A stretch of 63,532 bases of DNA, counting the filler, from Rhabdomonas costata (lineage: Eukaryota), in assembly GCA_019059605.1 (NCBI GenBank). It is 27 parts of 27 records of this genome, joined end to end, with 100 filler letters (N's around TTAATTAATTAA, not from the genome) between each part and the next. Parts side by side here need not be neighbours in the genome. Positions count along the whole stretch, not along the records: positions 23,595 to 25,849 come from JAHMHO010004475.1; positions 25,950 to 28,205 come from JAHMHO010004476.1; positions 28,306 to 30,559 come from JAHMHO010004477.1; positions 30,660 to 32,916 come from JAHMHO010004478.1; positions 33,017 to 35,273 come from JAHMHO010004479.1; positions 35,374 to 37,620 come from JAHMHO010004480.1; 21 more parts are not named here. One strand, written 5' to 3'. The translations under genes were made by a program, and so were the position numbers. Shown piece by piece: positions 24,243 through 36,288 of the stretch (its first letter is position 1; every line of letters begins with the position of its first letter). Below the pieces are notes generated by a model that had not been told where the DNA came from, searched no databases, and was given only the letters and a program-made list of their open reading frames with translations.

Positions 24243-25433
24243 CTCGGCAGGTTACGCCGCAGCTCGTGCCGGCGTAGCCAAGCGCACAGATGCACGTCCC
24301 GTCGGCCGCGCTGCACACGCCCAGCCCACTGCACACCAGCCCGCCACTACCCGTGGGGCACATCACCGCGCAGCCCACGCCGCCATACCCCGAGGTGCAC
24401 GTGCATCTCCCTGCGCAGAAATGGTGCACAGATATCCATCCACACACTAAATTACCTGCTTAAGGGTCTGTGACAAGGCGGTGAATCACTCTCCACACAA
24501 GGGAAGGGTCCCAGGAAGGGACGGGGGTATGGGGGCTTTTCCTGAATTTTCCCAGAGAGCCATACTCGGTCGGGACAAGCGCCCAATACCGTGAGCGTTT
24601 ATTGCACTGCTACACAGGTGTGCTTCTGTTATGCTTTTGGTTTTAGACGGGTACTCCCCTCAACACATGCACACCAAACACCGCTCGCGAGGCATTATTG
24701 TTGTTGTGGTCTTAATGCCTACAGGGAGGCTTCTGAAATTTCTCCCGCAGCGTGCCAACTGTGAGGAATGCGCATCACATCCCTCGGCTGGGCAACGGTT
24801 ATCGAGAAACCTCAATGGTACATTAGTCTGGGGTTCTAAGGGAGCTCAAGGGCCTGCATTTGGAAGCGGTTGGTTAAACCATGGCACGGCCTCTCTTCGC
24901 ATCTTCATCAGTTCGTCAGTTAAATTACAAGACTCCTCTGCCTTTCCTTTCCTGATTACCGCTCCTCTCCTGCACGGAGAATCGGTCGGAGAAGCGATTA
25001 GCATGTAGCCCCTTTCTTCGCAGCCGCGACCCTCCGCGCCCGTGTGGCTCACCGGTCTTTCTTCGCTACTTCACTTAAAAGATCCCGTTCTGCCTGTTCC
25101 AGTGTAGGCTCACCTGTGGCGGGGTCACAGCTGCCGCGTCCGGAGCACACCACCCCGGTGTCCTCGTCCAGCCCATCGCACGCCAGGCTGCAGTCCGCCA
25201 GGGCGTACCCCGCGGAGCACGTGCACGTGCCGTCGCCGACCTTCCCGTTGCTGCACGTGCCGTGCCCACTGCAGACCACCACGGCGCCCGTGGAGAGAGT
25301 GAGGGTGCCCGCACAGGTTTGCGTGCATTCCGGGCCGTATGCCACGGCGGAGGGGCAGTGGATGAGGTCACAGACGTTCCCAGAGGATGCACAGGCCACG
25401 CCGCAGTACTCCACATCTCCAATGGTGAGGCAC
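24243..25433 (-). CDS. EGF-like (tenascin/laminin-type) repeat surface protein, 2 exons
   Basis: Exons 25433-25114 and 24410-24243: CSGHGTCSNGKVGDGTCTCSAGYALADCSLAC, CSGRGSCDPATGRCTCTSGYGGVGC, CSGLGVCSAADGTCICALGYAGTSC. Confidence 0.9.
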
Positions 25434-26251
25434 CTGACAGAGAGAGGGGAAAAAGTACGAAGAAGAAAATAAAAAGGAAGAAAATAAATATAATGCGACA
25501 AGGCAGACAGGGATGGTTCATGAACCTCAAAACGCAGACCCTCTGCCAAAACAAGAAGGCCCCAAGGGCCCGGGGGCCATCCAGACCGGAAACGGCGACG
25601 ACCTTCCCTCCCCGGATCATCAAAGGCTCACAGAATCGCTTATTGAGAAATCCCAAGGAAAAGCAGAGTCAACTGGAAAAAACGAAAAGACGTTTCATAT
25701 GCTCTCTCATTGTATGCATCAGTAAAATCCTAAACTGAGCATTTCGATCGACAGCAAAGGCACAGAAAGGAGGCCAGTAGCGACAACTTTGGGGGAAAAC
25801 TGAATGACCTCGATGACCTCGATCAGTTCTCACTGGCCACTAACCCCCANNNNNNNNNNNNNNNNNNNNNNNNNNNNNNNNNNNNNNNNNNNNTTAATTA
25901 ATTAANNNNNNNNNNNNNNNNNNNNNNNNNNNNNNNNNNNNNNNNNNNNGTTTTTGGGGAGCCTTTAGGCCTCCCTGCCCGTCTCCCTGACCAATGAACC
26001 AATTGTCAGAGTATCGGCCCTCAAATGGCCCCGCAGACCGGGCCGGAGCGGACAGGCTGGCCAAAACTTCAGTTTGTCGCTGCCCTCGGTGCCATTTAGT
26101 GGCATTTGCAGGCGCTATCATTGGGGCCAGTCAAAAAAACTTTTTAGCCTAAAGGGTCTTGCCGGAAAAGGTTAATACTTGGCACGTGGTGTGACAAGAG
26201 CTGATGAGTGGATGTGTCTGTCTCGGCGAAGGGCACAGAAGAGCACAGGAC

Positions 26252-28158
26252 CAGCGCAATCCGCGGAACATGGCCCGAAGGCAGTCAGGCAACCTGAGAG
26301 GGGAAATGAAGCGTGCTGAGTTCGAAGAGATGTGAAGTGCCCGATTTCCGGCTCCCTTCCCATACGCATTCTCCCCATCCTGACCTTCCTCAGCAGTTTC
26401 GATTCACTCCACCCGTTACGTGTGGTGTTGCACGCATTGGGGCCTTCATGAAAAAGGGGGGTTCAACCTGATAGCCGAACCTATCCGCCAAGGTATCTTT
26501 CAAGCGATACACCAGCGCCGCTTAACGGACCATGTCTCAGAGCCGTGCTGGACACGCGTTGTCTACCGCGTGTATTCAGGGCGTCCCGCAGGCTGGTATA
26601 CGTCATTTCGAGATTGCGTGTGAATAACTATCTCAATATGTCGCGGTACCAACATCGAAATGAATGACAGTAGCCAGCATTCCTAGGTCAAATCACCCCC
26701 ATACCCACTGACAAACGAGAAGGGAAACAAGCAACCGCAGATTTTGGTGTTGCAGGCCATCGTGAGCGTTTCCCCATTCTGGAACGGACAGGCTCGGCCA
26801 GAGCCTAAAGCAGGCGTCGTCACCGAAAAGGTCACCTCCTGAGAGTATTAGGCAAGAAGAGGGGAGACTAACTTTTGGAAGCAACACAACTGCGGAGGGA
26901 TGTGCGGGTGAGTGGGCAGAACAACCTGGAATCCGCCGCCGCAGGAGACGGAGCAGTTTCCGGTGCTGGAGAAGTAGCCATTGCAGTTGACGTTCACTGA
27001 GGAATTCACTGTGTGATGGACACGAGTAAGACATATGCCATATGGCGGCACCAGTTCTCATCAGGTCCGCGGTCCGGACAATTTGGGGGTGGGATTGGGA
27101 ATACATACCTGATGAAAAAAACGCCGAAAGGCACGAAAGTCCCCCAAAAACTACCGGCAACAAATTTCTTTTTACGCTCCGAGTTTTCAGTCAGCAGACA
27201 AATCCAACAGAACAACAGCACCACCACCAACAAAAAAATCGCTGCTGGCACACAGGCGTGCAGGTGGGCGGACGGTATGCCAGCCCACAGTTCTTTCTCT
27301 TATCAGTATGCAGGCCTGCAAAGGGCCCAAAAAGGGCCCTTGCCAGCCTGTGGTAAGGCAAAAAGGGCTCAAAAATACCCCCAAAATGACCCAGATGTCG
27401 GCGTGGAGAAGGACTCCGAGGCCGGGAAGCGGCCAACCAACTGATCTCAGGAGTACTACCATCCCACCAAAGATGAGCCCCACCCACCACTCTAGCTCAA
27501 GCTGACGTCCATGTTAGGTCTCCGGTCCGGCTCTGGTTCCGGTCCAGCGAGTCACCTGGATGAGATCACCCACTCTTTACGCGTGAGATTCAAGCCCCAA
27601 CTTCAATGAACTACCCCCCCTTTCTTGAGGGAGCCCGAACGCCGTGCACGCCTTTCAGGCCCTGACGTGAAGGCTAGATGAGTTAGGCAAACACCAAAAT
27701 GAGAAATACTCCACCTTGGGTGCAATTGCACAGCTGGGGGGTCACAATGGAAGTGCAGAAGCCTTCCAGGTTACCCACCATGTGAGGGACACCCGGGGGC
27801 CAGCAGTTCTGCTCGCAGAAACTGTCCGTCACACCCGTCTCAAGGAGGGCGGCGACGCAAACCAGTCCGCCAGCTGCAGGAAAGTAAGGCATGTCTCACA
27901 CATGTTTTTTCCCACATTGTCCGATGAATCCCAGCGCCTCGGTTGAAAATGAGGAAAGGCGATTGGGGGTGTGGGGAGGGCGGAGACATACGGCAGGGCT
28001 GCTCGTGCACGCCGCCGTGATGGTGGTGCCTGCACTGGTGGAGCAGAGGCTCGCATTGGTGCCTGCAGGGAGGGTGAAGGTCTGAATCTGGAAGCCGCCG
28101 TCACAGGTCGCCGAGCAAGGAGAAGTGGCAAGGAAGGCCCCAGGGCACGACGCAGAGG
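26252..28158 (-). CDS. Cys-rich protein with thrombospondin type-1 (spondin-like) repeats, 5 exons
   Basis: Exons 28158-~27988, 27873-27715, 27008-26926, 26838-26736 and 26293-26252: CPGAFLATSPCSATCDGGFQIQTF and CNGYFSSTGNCSVSCGGGFQEVTFSVTTPALGSGRACP..ACNTKIC. The first donor is ambiguous (GTATGT or GTCTCC). Confidence 0.85.
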
Positions 28159-29712
28159 CTGCAGGCAGGAAAAAAAAGCGTACCAACAAATGTAGATTTC
28201 GACAGNNNNNNNNNNNNNNNNNNNNNNNNNNNNNNNNNNNNNNNNNNNNTTAATTAATTAANNNNNNNNNNNNNNNNNNNNNNNNNNNNNNNNNNNNNNN
28301 NNNNNTGTTGGGGTGGACATTTGCAGCCGAAAATGTGTGGGCCTGTGGAAATGGATCTGCGTTGGTCAGCCGGCTGGCCAAAAACGCGTTCTCCCAAAGA
28401 AACATCTTCAATCGGCTGTAGTAAAGCACTGCCCCAGTCCAAACTACACATACAACCAGAAACCCCGAATCAATAACCAGGGGGCCACTCTAAAGCAACT
28501 TTCCGAGGACCAATGCTTCATACCTATACCCACCTCCAGCTTCTCAGTCCCAACCGCGGGATCCAAAAGTAGCTGATGCCCTTTGCCCTTTCCTTGACGG
28601 CGGATACTTTTAGTGGGCAACCTCTGAAGTAATCTGCACTAAGTCCCTGGAAAAACTCGAGGAAGAGGGGTGGGGGGTCTCGGCTGCGTTGCAATCGGCA
28701 GAGGCTCTTTCCTTCAGGGATTACTCGGGCCAACCCTCGTCGACCAATAAAACATATTGACAGATCACTTCACGAGACATCTTACTCCACTCGGAACCCC
28801 ACAAGAGGACGCAAATCGTTTCGGAATTAATGGGAATACAGGACATGCTCGGTTGAGCTAAGCGATGGGTCAGCCACGGTCATTACGTTTCGAATTAGAT
28901 GACTAAAGCATTCACAGCGAACACTGTCCGAATGTCCAAGCACAACCAATAATCCCTAAGGGCAAAACAGATCCTAAAGAAGAAGGGCCATGCACTGGGA
29001 GCGCATTTGGGCGGGACAACGCCATTCCTTGATGAGAATTGCACAAATCCCTTCTGGTGTGAACACTCTAACTTGGCATCTAAAGTGACCTAAAGTGGTA
29101 AAATTTGTGAAAAATAGGCAGGACGGGTGTCTGCGCTGTGCTGCAGATCGCTGAGAGGACTACTTTCCTTCAAGGACTACAAACTGCGACCCTCGTCAAC
29201 CGACCTAACAACACAACCAGCCATTTCACCAGAACTGCGTCCCCACTTCGGCAGAGAACCCCAAAGAAGGCCGCACCTTATCGTTTCGGGATTAGTGGGA
29301 TACTCGTCTGAGCTAAGCGATAGTTTGGCCACGCTCTTTACATTTTGCACTCGCCAGTGTTCAACCCGAACGCTTTGCGAACCTACAGGGAAAACCAAAG
29401 AGATCCCAACGAGGCGAAGCAAGGATGCACGGGGAACAAGAAAGGAGCACACTTGGGCACTGCCTTGGGTCCTTGGTGAGAACTGCTAAGAAGAACTCGA
29501 GCGACCTTGGAATCACGTCAACTACTTTTTCTAGGAAATTTTCCGGTACCTTCGTTAAGTTGGCTAATAAATTGAAATTCCAGAGAAGGGCGAAGGAACA
29601 GGAACTTGGGAGCGGAAGTTAGTAGGGAACTAGGAAAGTCCTCCTGCCAGCGAGAAAATGCACCCATGAAAGTGCGTACGGCATCACGCCAGGTGTTCGC
29701 TTGCGCTCCAAA

Positions 29713-30229
29713 TCATGCCTGGGCGAGCTTCTCTGAGGCGTAGAGCAGCGCAGTCTTCTTATCCTTATCCTTCGCATTGATGTCAACTTTGAGATCAAGC
29801 AGCTGCTGAGCAAGCTGGGCCAGACCCGACTGGATGGCATACATGAGCGGGGTCTTGCCGTCTTGTCTGCGAGGTTGAGGTTGGCACCCAGCCCGATCAG
29901 CTTCAGGGCGAGCTCGGCCTTACCTCGCAAAATGGCGTAGATCACTGGACCCTTCCCATTCGTGTCGGTTGCATTCAGGTCAGACTTCATCTCGATCTTC
30001 TGGCAATCTGGTGCAGCCCCTTCTCCAGCGCGCCGGCCAGCAAGGTCTTGCCTTCCTCGTCCCTGACGGTGAGGTCCACGGGCTCCTCCTCCAGAATCTT
30101 CAATGCTAGGTCCTCCTCGCCGGTCTTCACCAGCCCGTGCAGAACCTTGGCGTTGTCTGTGGGCCGGGTGCGCTCTTTCTCCGCGGCGGCCAGGGCCTCC
30201 GCCTCGGTGACCTCCACTAGTTCGTAGAC
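29713..30229 (-). pseudogene. Ankyrin-repeat coding segment with two frameshifts and a premature stop
   Basis: VDLTVRDEEGKTLLAGALEKGLHQIA / shift at about 30002 / KIEMKSDLNATDTNGKGPVIYAILRGKAELALKLIGLGANLNLADK / shift at about 29863 / DGKTPLMYAIQSGLAQLAQQLLDLKVDINAKDKDKKTALLYASEKLAQA*. Confidence 0.75.
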
Positions 30230-30672
30230 CTAAACCCAACGGTCGAGCCGTTGACGGGAAAACGACAGGAACCCAACAACCACCCCACACTACGCGCTAC
30301 TCCGCTCTACTCCTTTAGTTCATTGACGGGGGAAAAATCCACAAGTATCATAACTGTTCGTCAGACATGCAATGTGTCCGAAAATCAAGGCACACTCTGA
30401 TTGTTTGCAAACTCTCTTTTAAAGGTTCTGCTGATTTTTTTCTGCTGATGAGCTGGAAGGTTGCGATGCATAAGTGCGGAAAATGGGAAGTGAAACAGAG
30501 TGGTGAAACTGAACACCCGGTGCCCTGTGACGGGGTATTCCGGACAGCACCCACACAAANNNNNNNNNNNNNNNNNNNNNNNNNNNNNNNNNNNNNNNNN
30601 NNNTTAATTAATTAANNNNNNNNNNNNNNNNNNNNNNNNNNNNNNNNNNNNNNNNNNNNTGGTTGTGGGCAG

Positions 30673-32916
30673 GCTGCTTAGGCACACCCGAGCGGAGCTG
30701 GAGAGGGGCTTGGCCGCGCTGCTCCGCGCGCATGCCGCAGACCTGACCACGCTGCACGAGCTGCAGCAGGAAAGCGTGGTGGCCTGCTGCAAGCAAGCGG
30801 GTGCCGCTTTTTTTGTTGACTCTGTTCCTCTCTTTCACCGTGTTGGTGTTCAGAGACTACTGCTCCAGTGGGGCCATTTTCATTGGGGCCATTCGCTTTG
30901 TGCGTGCGCCTGTTTCCTGTGTGAATTCACGTGAATTCTAGGGTGAATTTTCTTGAAAGGTGGCTGATTGCCAAAACGTAGTTTTTAGCGCTTTTTCACT
31001 TGCTGATAATTTAGGGAATACTATTTTTCCTTTGGCTCTCTTTCAGGTGTTCCTGTTTGTATGGCAAGGGATTGCATGGAGATTCCAGGAGTTCGGCTTT
31101 GCCTTTCGATGGAAGGGCTGCCATCGGTCACCTCAGAAGATGGGGTTCCTCGGCTTGGGCATGAACCTGGTCCTTGTTCCCAAAGGATGGCATTTTCCGT
31201 GAAGCAGGAGCGGCGGGGATTTTCCCGGGCCGACGTATGGGTGACTCACAGCATCGCAAGACGCATGGGATGAGAGGGGGGGGCAGGATAAGGATATTAA
31301 CGCCATCATATCCCGAGTATGGGGTGAGGCACATGTTTATCTTTTGAATTCCCTTTAATATTGTGTTGTCTTTGTCCTCTTTATTGTGGTTTGGACAGTA
31401 CCTCTGAATTTTGCACCTTTTAGCACGAATTCTGAAATTCTGGTCCATTCAATGGCATGGCTTCCTCCACATGTTGAATCTTGTGTACCTCTATGGGGCT
31501 GTGTCAAACCCACTTGAAATGAAATCGATCACCATTCATTTGTGGGACTGACAAAACACGATAGAATCGGCCGAAGCGAAACACAGTGCGGGCGAAGGGA
31601 AGTGAGTTGCCCGCGGTTTGAGCCCGTTTCCATGTGCTTTGCAGGCCGCACGTGTGTTGGTTTGCTTTTGTTAGAGGGGAGGGGGGAGGGGGCACAGGAC
31701 GTTGTGTACTCCGTAGCCCCCGGTCCTTGCGATCGGGATCCCAACAGCCCCTTTCCTTCCGATGCTCCTCAACCGCATCCCGCCCACAGTCCATCGCCTT
31801 TGAAAGGCTGCTGCTGTTCGGCAGCCTCCCCTGATTGCTCCGCACTTGTGAATGTAGCGCCGACATTGCTCACACCGGGTCGTGCGTTACTTCTGGGAGG
31901 GCGTGGCGAGCAAGCGTTGTCGCTACCGATCGTTGCCGACATTGTGGAACGCGCTGTATCGTCCATGAAAGTTAGCTCTCCGGTCCAGCTCACTTGCTCA
32001 CCAGAGAACCTTGCAGCTCTTTGTGAGCAACCTGCCCACCAGCATCCAGATACTTCTGTGCTTACGCCGGTTCTCCGTGACATTGGTGGATTTCGAGAAT
32101 GTCCTCTGGTTTTGTCAAGTCCCGCTGGGATCTCAGGCGAAATTGATCAGCCATCACCAAAGACTGCTGAGGTTGCCGTAACTGCAGCTGTAACTGTTTT
32201 GAGTGGGAACAGTGTTATTGTGGTGGACGAAGAAAGCTCATGCGCCGATAACGGACTGAACTCGCCCGAGTTGTTTTCCTCACAGGACGACGAGGCGGTA
32301 GCGAGAGGTGAAGAGCGGACAGGGCGGGAGAGTGGTGCCCCGTGTGCGCCAGGAACCGTTGCGTTGGTTTCCGGACATTCCGAAACAGAACTGGATAATC
32401 TCTCTGCTGTACCGGGCATTCTTACCAGTGAGCCCTTGGACCCGGAATCCCATCAGTGCCTGCTGACATTTGTCAACGAGGATGAACTGCTGATTGCTGG
32501 CGATGACGCAGAGCGGGTATCTGGTGAGAAACCTGAGATCACTTGCCCGTCGCTGCCCTGCAGAAAGGAAGGTGACACCCTGGGTAGCAAACCCAGTATT
32601 ATCGAGGAACATCGACACCATGAAGCCGAAACCGAGAAGCCCAAGAAGCGGGTTCGAGTCGCGCCGCCTGTGCCCAGCCCAGTCAGCCAAGAGCCAGACT
32701 TTGCCTCGATGTCCTTGTTGGAGCTTAAGCGCCGCAGTGCTGCCGTGGGAATCAAAACCGTCTCGCGGGGCTTCATGGTCGCCAAGCTCAGCCAGATCTG
32801 GCGGGCACTCCACAGGCCTTGCGTGGGTCCCGATTTTGCTGAGTCTTCGACTCAGAACCCGAGCACACTTTTTCAGCCGCTGAGTGCGTCCCAAGCAGTG
32901 ATACCCACCACACAAC
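30673..32916 (+). CDS. SLX4: SLX4-like structure-specific endonuclease scaffold, fragment
   Basis: Short exons (30673-30810, 31027-31214 plus, approximate) precede a long S/P/E-rich exon. It contains EPDFASMSLLELKRRSAAVGIKTVSRGFMVAKLSQIWRALH (32691-32813), matching the SLX4 SAP motif PxYxxMxxxELK....G(L/V)K...MVxKLxEI(W/F)xxxH. The C-terminal SLX1-binding domain is beyond the contig end. Confidence 0.7.
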
Positions 32917-34283
32917 NNNNNNNNNNNNNNNNNNNNNNNNNNNNNNNNNNNNNNNNNNNNTTAATTAATTAANNNNNNNNNNNNNNNNNNNNNNNNNNNN
33001 NNNNNNNNNNNNNNNNCTCGGCGTGCGATGGGGAGGTGGGCAACGTCACAGTTTGCGGGACCTGTGGGATTCTCTCGGACAGTTCGTACCCATTGGTGTA
33101 AAAAAAACAACAAGCAGGGCTGTCTTCCGAACGTCGGCAATGTTGCGCGCGCGTTGCGCATGCTCGCGTGCCCCCTTTACTCCCGTAAGCCCGGAGTTTC
33201 AGCCGGCCCTTTTTTACCATTCTCTGTTTCGTTCCCCATGGATTGTGAGTTTTGTCTTCTCCGGTTTCCTTCTCATCCGATGAGTTGCGATCCTGGTTGA
33301 GGTATTTCCTCTTTCATGAAGATTTGCCCCTGTCTCCACCCTACCACCGTGCATCACCACCCCCATGAAGCTGATTGTTTTCATTTTCCTGTGGATCCTT
33401 TTCCAAGCCCCGAATTTCCGATCACCCACAGAACATGGTGTGGGCACGCAAAGTGATGTACGGCGGATTTCACATCGAGGCTGTGCTTGTGATATTTTCT
33501 GCGCCGCTGCGGTTTAGTGGCTCCCGTCTGAGATTCGCTGTGCACGTTCCTCAGCATCTTTTTGGGGCTTTCTTTCCCTCCTAGCTCACGAGCGAAGTTT
33601 TCACTCGCCTGCGGATGATACCTTTCGTCGGGATGAAGGGAGAGAGGTGCCAATAATGCGGAGAAGACGTGACCAAGATTGTTGGGCGTGAAAATGTGAG
33701 TGTGTCGGTGTGGCCAACATGGATTGGAGTAGACTGAATGGGTTTAAGATAGGAACCGAGTCACTTTATTCTTTTAGTGTGTCTCGAGACTTGACCCCTC
33801 CCCTAATGAATCAAGATGTAACCCGCCACCCGTTATGACTCTGAGATCTATAACTTAAGACATACTCCCCCCCTCCTCCAAGGGCACCGGAGGTTGTTGG
33901 AGTTTCTGATTTGCCTGAGTGTTTTAGGGGTCGATACACACACCGCCCCGTAGGTTTCCCACCAGGGCCCGATTTGACACTGTGAGAGTGAATGACTTAG
34001 GTCTATGCCGTTGCCGTTGCCGTTGGAATGGCCGCGGAGGTGCCGCAAGAGGGCGCCGAAATCCGTTTGCATGGTGCACGTCGAGATTTCCTCGATAACC
34101 CCGATGAACCAATTGCCATTTTTCCAGGAAACAGTAGAACGTTCTAGGCGTTTAGAAGAAAGAAAGGAAGGAAGAGAAGAAACGAGAGGAACGATAAAAC
34201 GGCAATTTTTTTTTGAAGAGGTCTTCCGGGCCAACTAAAAAGGGATAGAATAAGAACGTCACACAACCACCTAAGTAGCTTAC

Positions 34284-34721
34284 TCTAGAGGGGTACGAGC
34301 TGTCCGCGAGAATCCCCCAGGTCCCCGCAAGTGTACGATGGCTCCTTTTCAATCAGAAAGTCGCATTGCCATATGCAGGGCCAAAACTAACGCATATAAA
34401 AGAACCGAAGGAACCGAACAAGCACGCAAAGAATCCCTGCTGGACACCAACCGCAGACAAAACAAAAAGAGACCCACAAAAGAGGTGTAGATCGAAACAC
34501 GAGAGGGGGACCGAAGGGAGGGGTAGGGGAAGGTACTCACTGAAGTAGGAGATGTAGGGGTAGGTCGACTCGTTGGCGATGCCACCACATGCCTGGATCC
34601 CCTTGAAGGCCACCCATGAAGTGCCCCCACCGCAGCCCGTCCCAGAGCCATCGTTGCCGCAGTGCCGGGTGTTGTTGCTGCAGTCCAGGATCTGCTGCAC
34701 CGAGAGCTCATTGAGGGAGCC
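34284..34721 (-). pseudogene. Papain-family (C1A) cysteine protease fragment, apparently decayed
   Basis: Clean exon 34721-34541: GSLNELSVQQILDCS..GCGGGTSWVAFKGIQACGGIANESTYPY. Segment 34386-34284 reads FGPAYGNATF*LKRSHRTLAGTWGILADSSYP, resembling the C1A C-terminus but with an in-frame TGA. The family call is confident; pseudogene status is inferred. Confidence 0.6.
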
Positions 34722-35687
34722 CTGCCCAGAGGAAAAGGTACAGATTTCGTGCCAGGATGCCCGAACCCGAAGCAGTGCACCACAACAAGTGTGCAGCTCA
34801 TGAAAGGATCATCATCGGGACAAGGGGCCAGCAAAAACGGTTTCGGTTCTGAACTGGGCGGACCTTTATTCACGAGAGGCAATGAAGATCGATTAAGAAG
34901 GAGCAAGACGCGATAAATCAGAAGAAACAAGACGCAACATCGCGCACTGCTATTGTTTTCCTAATGGTTTCCACCGAGAACCGTGCCGCTCTTGGAAAGT
35001 GAATGCCATCGTTGCCATTGAGCTATCTGTAGCAATCCCCTCAACCCGACTTTCTCCTCGCTGCCCCTCCCTCATCATCCAGCCAGCGACAAAAGGGACT
35101 CAGTTTCCGTACAACAGTACTGCAAAAAAACGCCTCAGTTGGCGAGGAAAAAACGGCTCTCGTCATATGGTCAGCGTATCACCGAATCGCTACAATACCT
35201 TCCCAGAAGGTTCCAGTGGTTTCGTTTATTAACGGAACTCACTCGGTCATACCTTCTTGATTGCCCAAGCCCCNNNNNNNNNNNNNNNNNNNNNNNNNNN
35301 NNNNNNNNNNNNNNNNNTTAATTAATTAANNNNNNNNNNNNNNNNNNNNNNNNNNNNNNNNNNNNNNNNNNNNCATTCAAGCTAGCACATTTCTGTTCGC
35401 CACCGCTCGTCGCTGATTGAGGCTGTAACACAATTACGTAAAGCGGTGTCAACAGAAGAACCACAAAATAAAGACTACAAGCACCAACTGCCTTGCAGCC
35501 TTTTTGTCTCCTCAGCTTTTGCTTCATTGAACCTCCGACCCACTTTGGCTTCAGCTTTCGGGAACGAGAGTAGGACACCATGAAATATAACAGTAACATA
35601 AGGGTCTATGTGCACATGATATGTCCTAATGGGTGCCAAAGTACCCCACCAGCCCGTCAGGGGGTGGAATCTCCAACATATCCATAC

Positions 35688-36288
35688 CGTTCTTAAGCAA
35701 CAGCACCACCAGTTTTGCCTGGTTGGTCTCCACGGCAACGTGCAGCGGAGTTCGATTGTTGCGGTTTCCCAGGTTGACATCAACCCCTGGATCCACGAGG
35801 TTACAAAAGGAAGCAGCGACAGCGTACTTGCCTCGCCCACAGAGGGCGGGGGGAGGAAAGGGAAATTTCGTTTATAACAGCGCAGTATCCGTTTAGTAGC
35901 AGACGGTATACCAAACGTATACCCTCTGCTATCCACGTAAAACCCGTGCAAACGTGGGTCTTTTCGGTAGGGGCAGCTTTTCTTTCCATCATCGGTCTCC
36001 TTCACGTATGTGTGCGTGTGCGATTCCTTTCCTCACCGCAAAAAAAAATACGCAAACGCGAACGAGCAAACATAACTGAAAAAACGTGAGCGAGTCATAA
36101 AAGAAGAGAGTAGGAAGGGGTGGGATAAACTGGGCCCAGGAGTGGTGGATGAGAAAAGGTCACAGAAAGACCGAAGAAGAAGACAATACCGGCCTGCAGG
36201 AGCACCTCAACAGCGGCGCTGTCACGCTGAGAAACGGCTTTCCACAAGCGCGAGCGGCCGCGGCTGTCCACCTGGTCGAGGTCAGTCC
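35688..36288 (-). CDS. Ankyrin-repeat protein, two 99-nt exons
   Basis: Exons 36288-36190 (TDLDQVDSRGRSRLWKAVSQRDSAAVEVLLQA) and 35786-35688 (GVDVNLGNRNNRTPLHVAVETNQAKLVVLLLKN), both phase 1-1 GT-AG. Confidence 0.88.

Noticed and set aside
27109..27140. CTGATGA..GCCGAAAGGC..GAAA, like a hammerhead ribozyme
   Set aside because: The A7 run prevents stem II closure, and on the other strand it is simply a polypyrimidine tract.
28540..29610. Possible degenerate retroelement next to the ankyrin pseudogene
   Set aside because: No RT, gag, integrase or terminal-repeat motif recognised.
30923..30938. Perfect 16-bp palindrome GAATTCACGTGAATTC
   Set aside because: Isolated intronic occurrence, explained by a short duplication of GTGAATTC.
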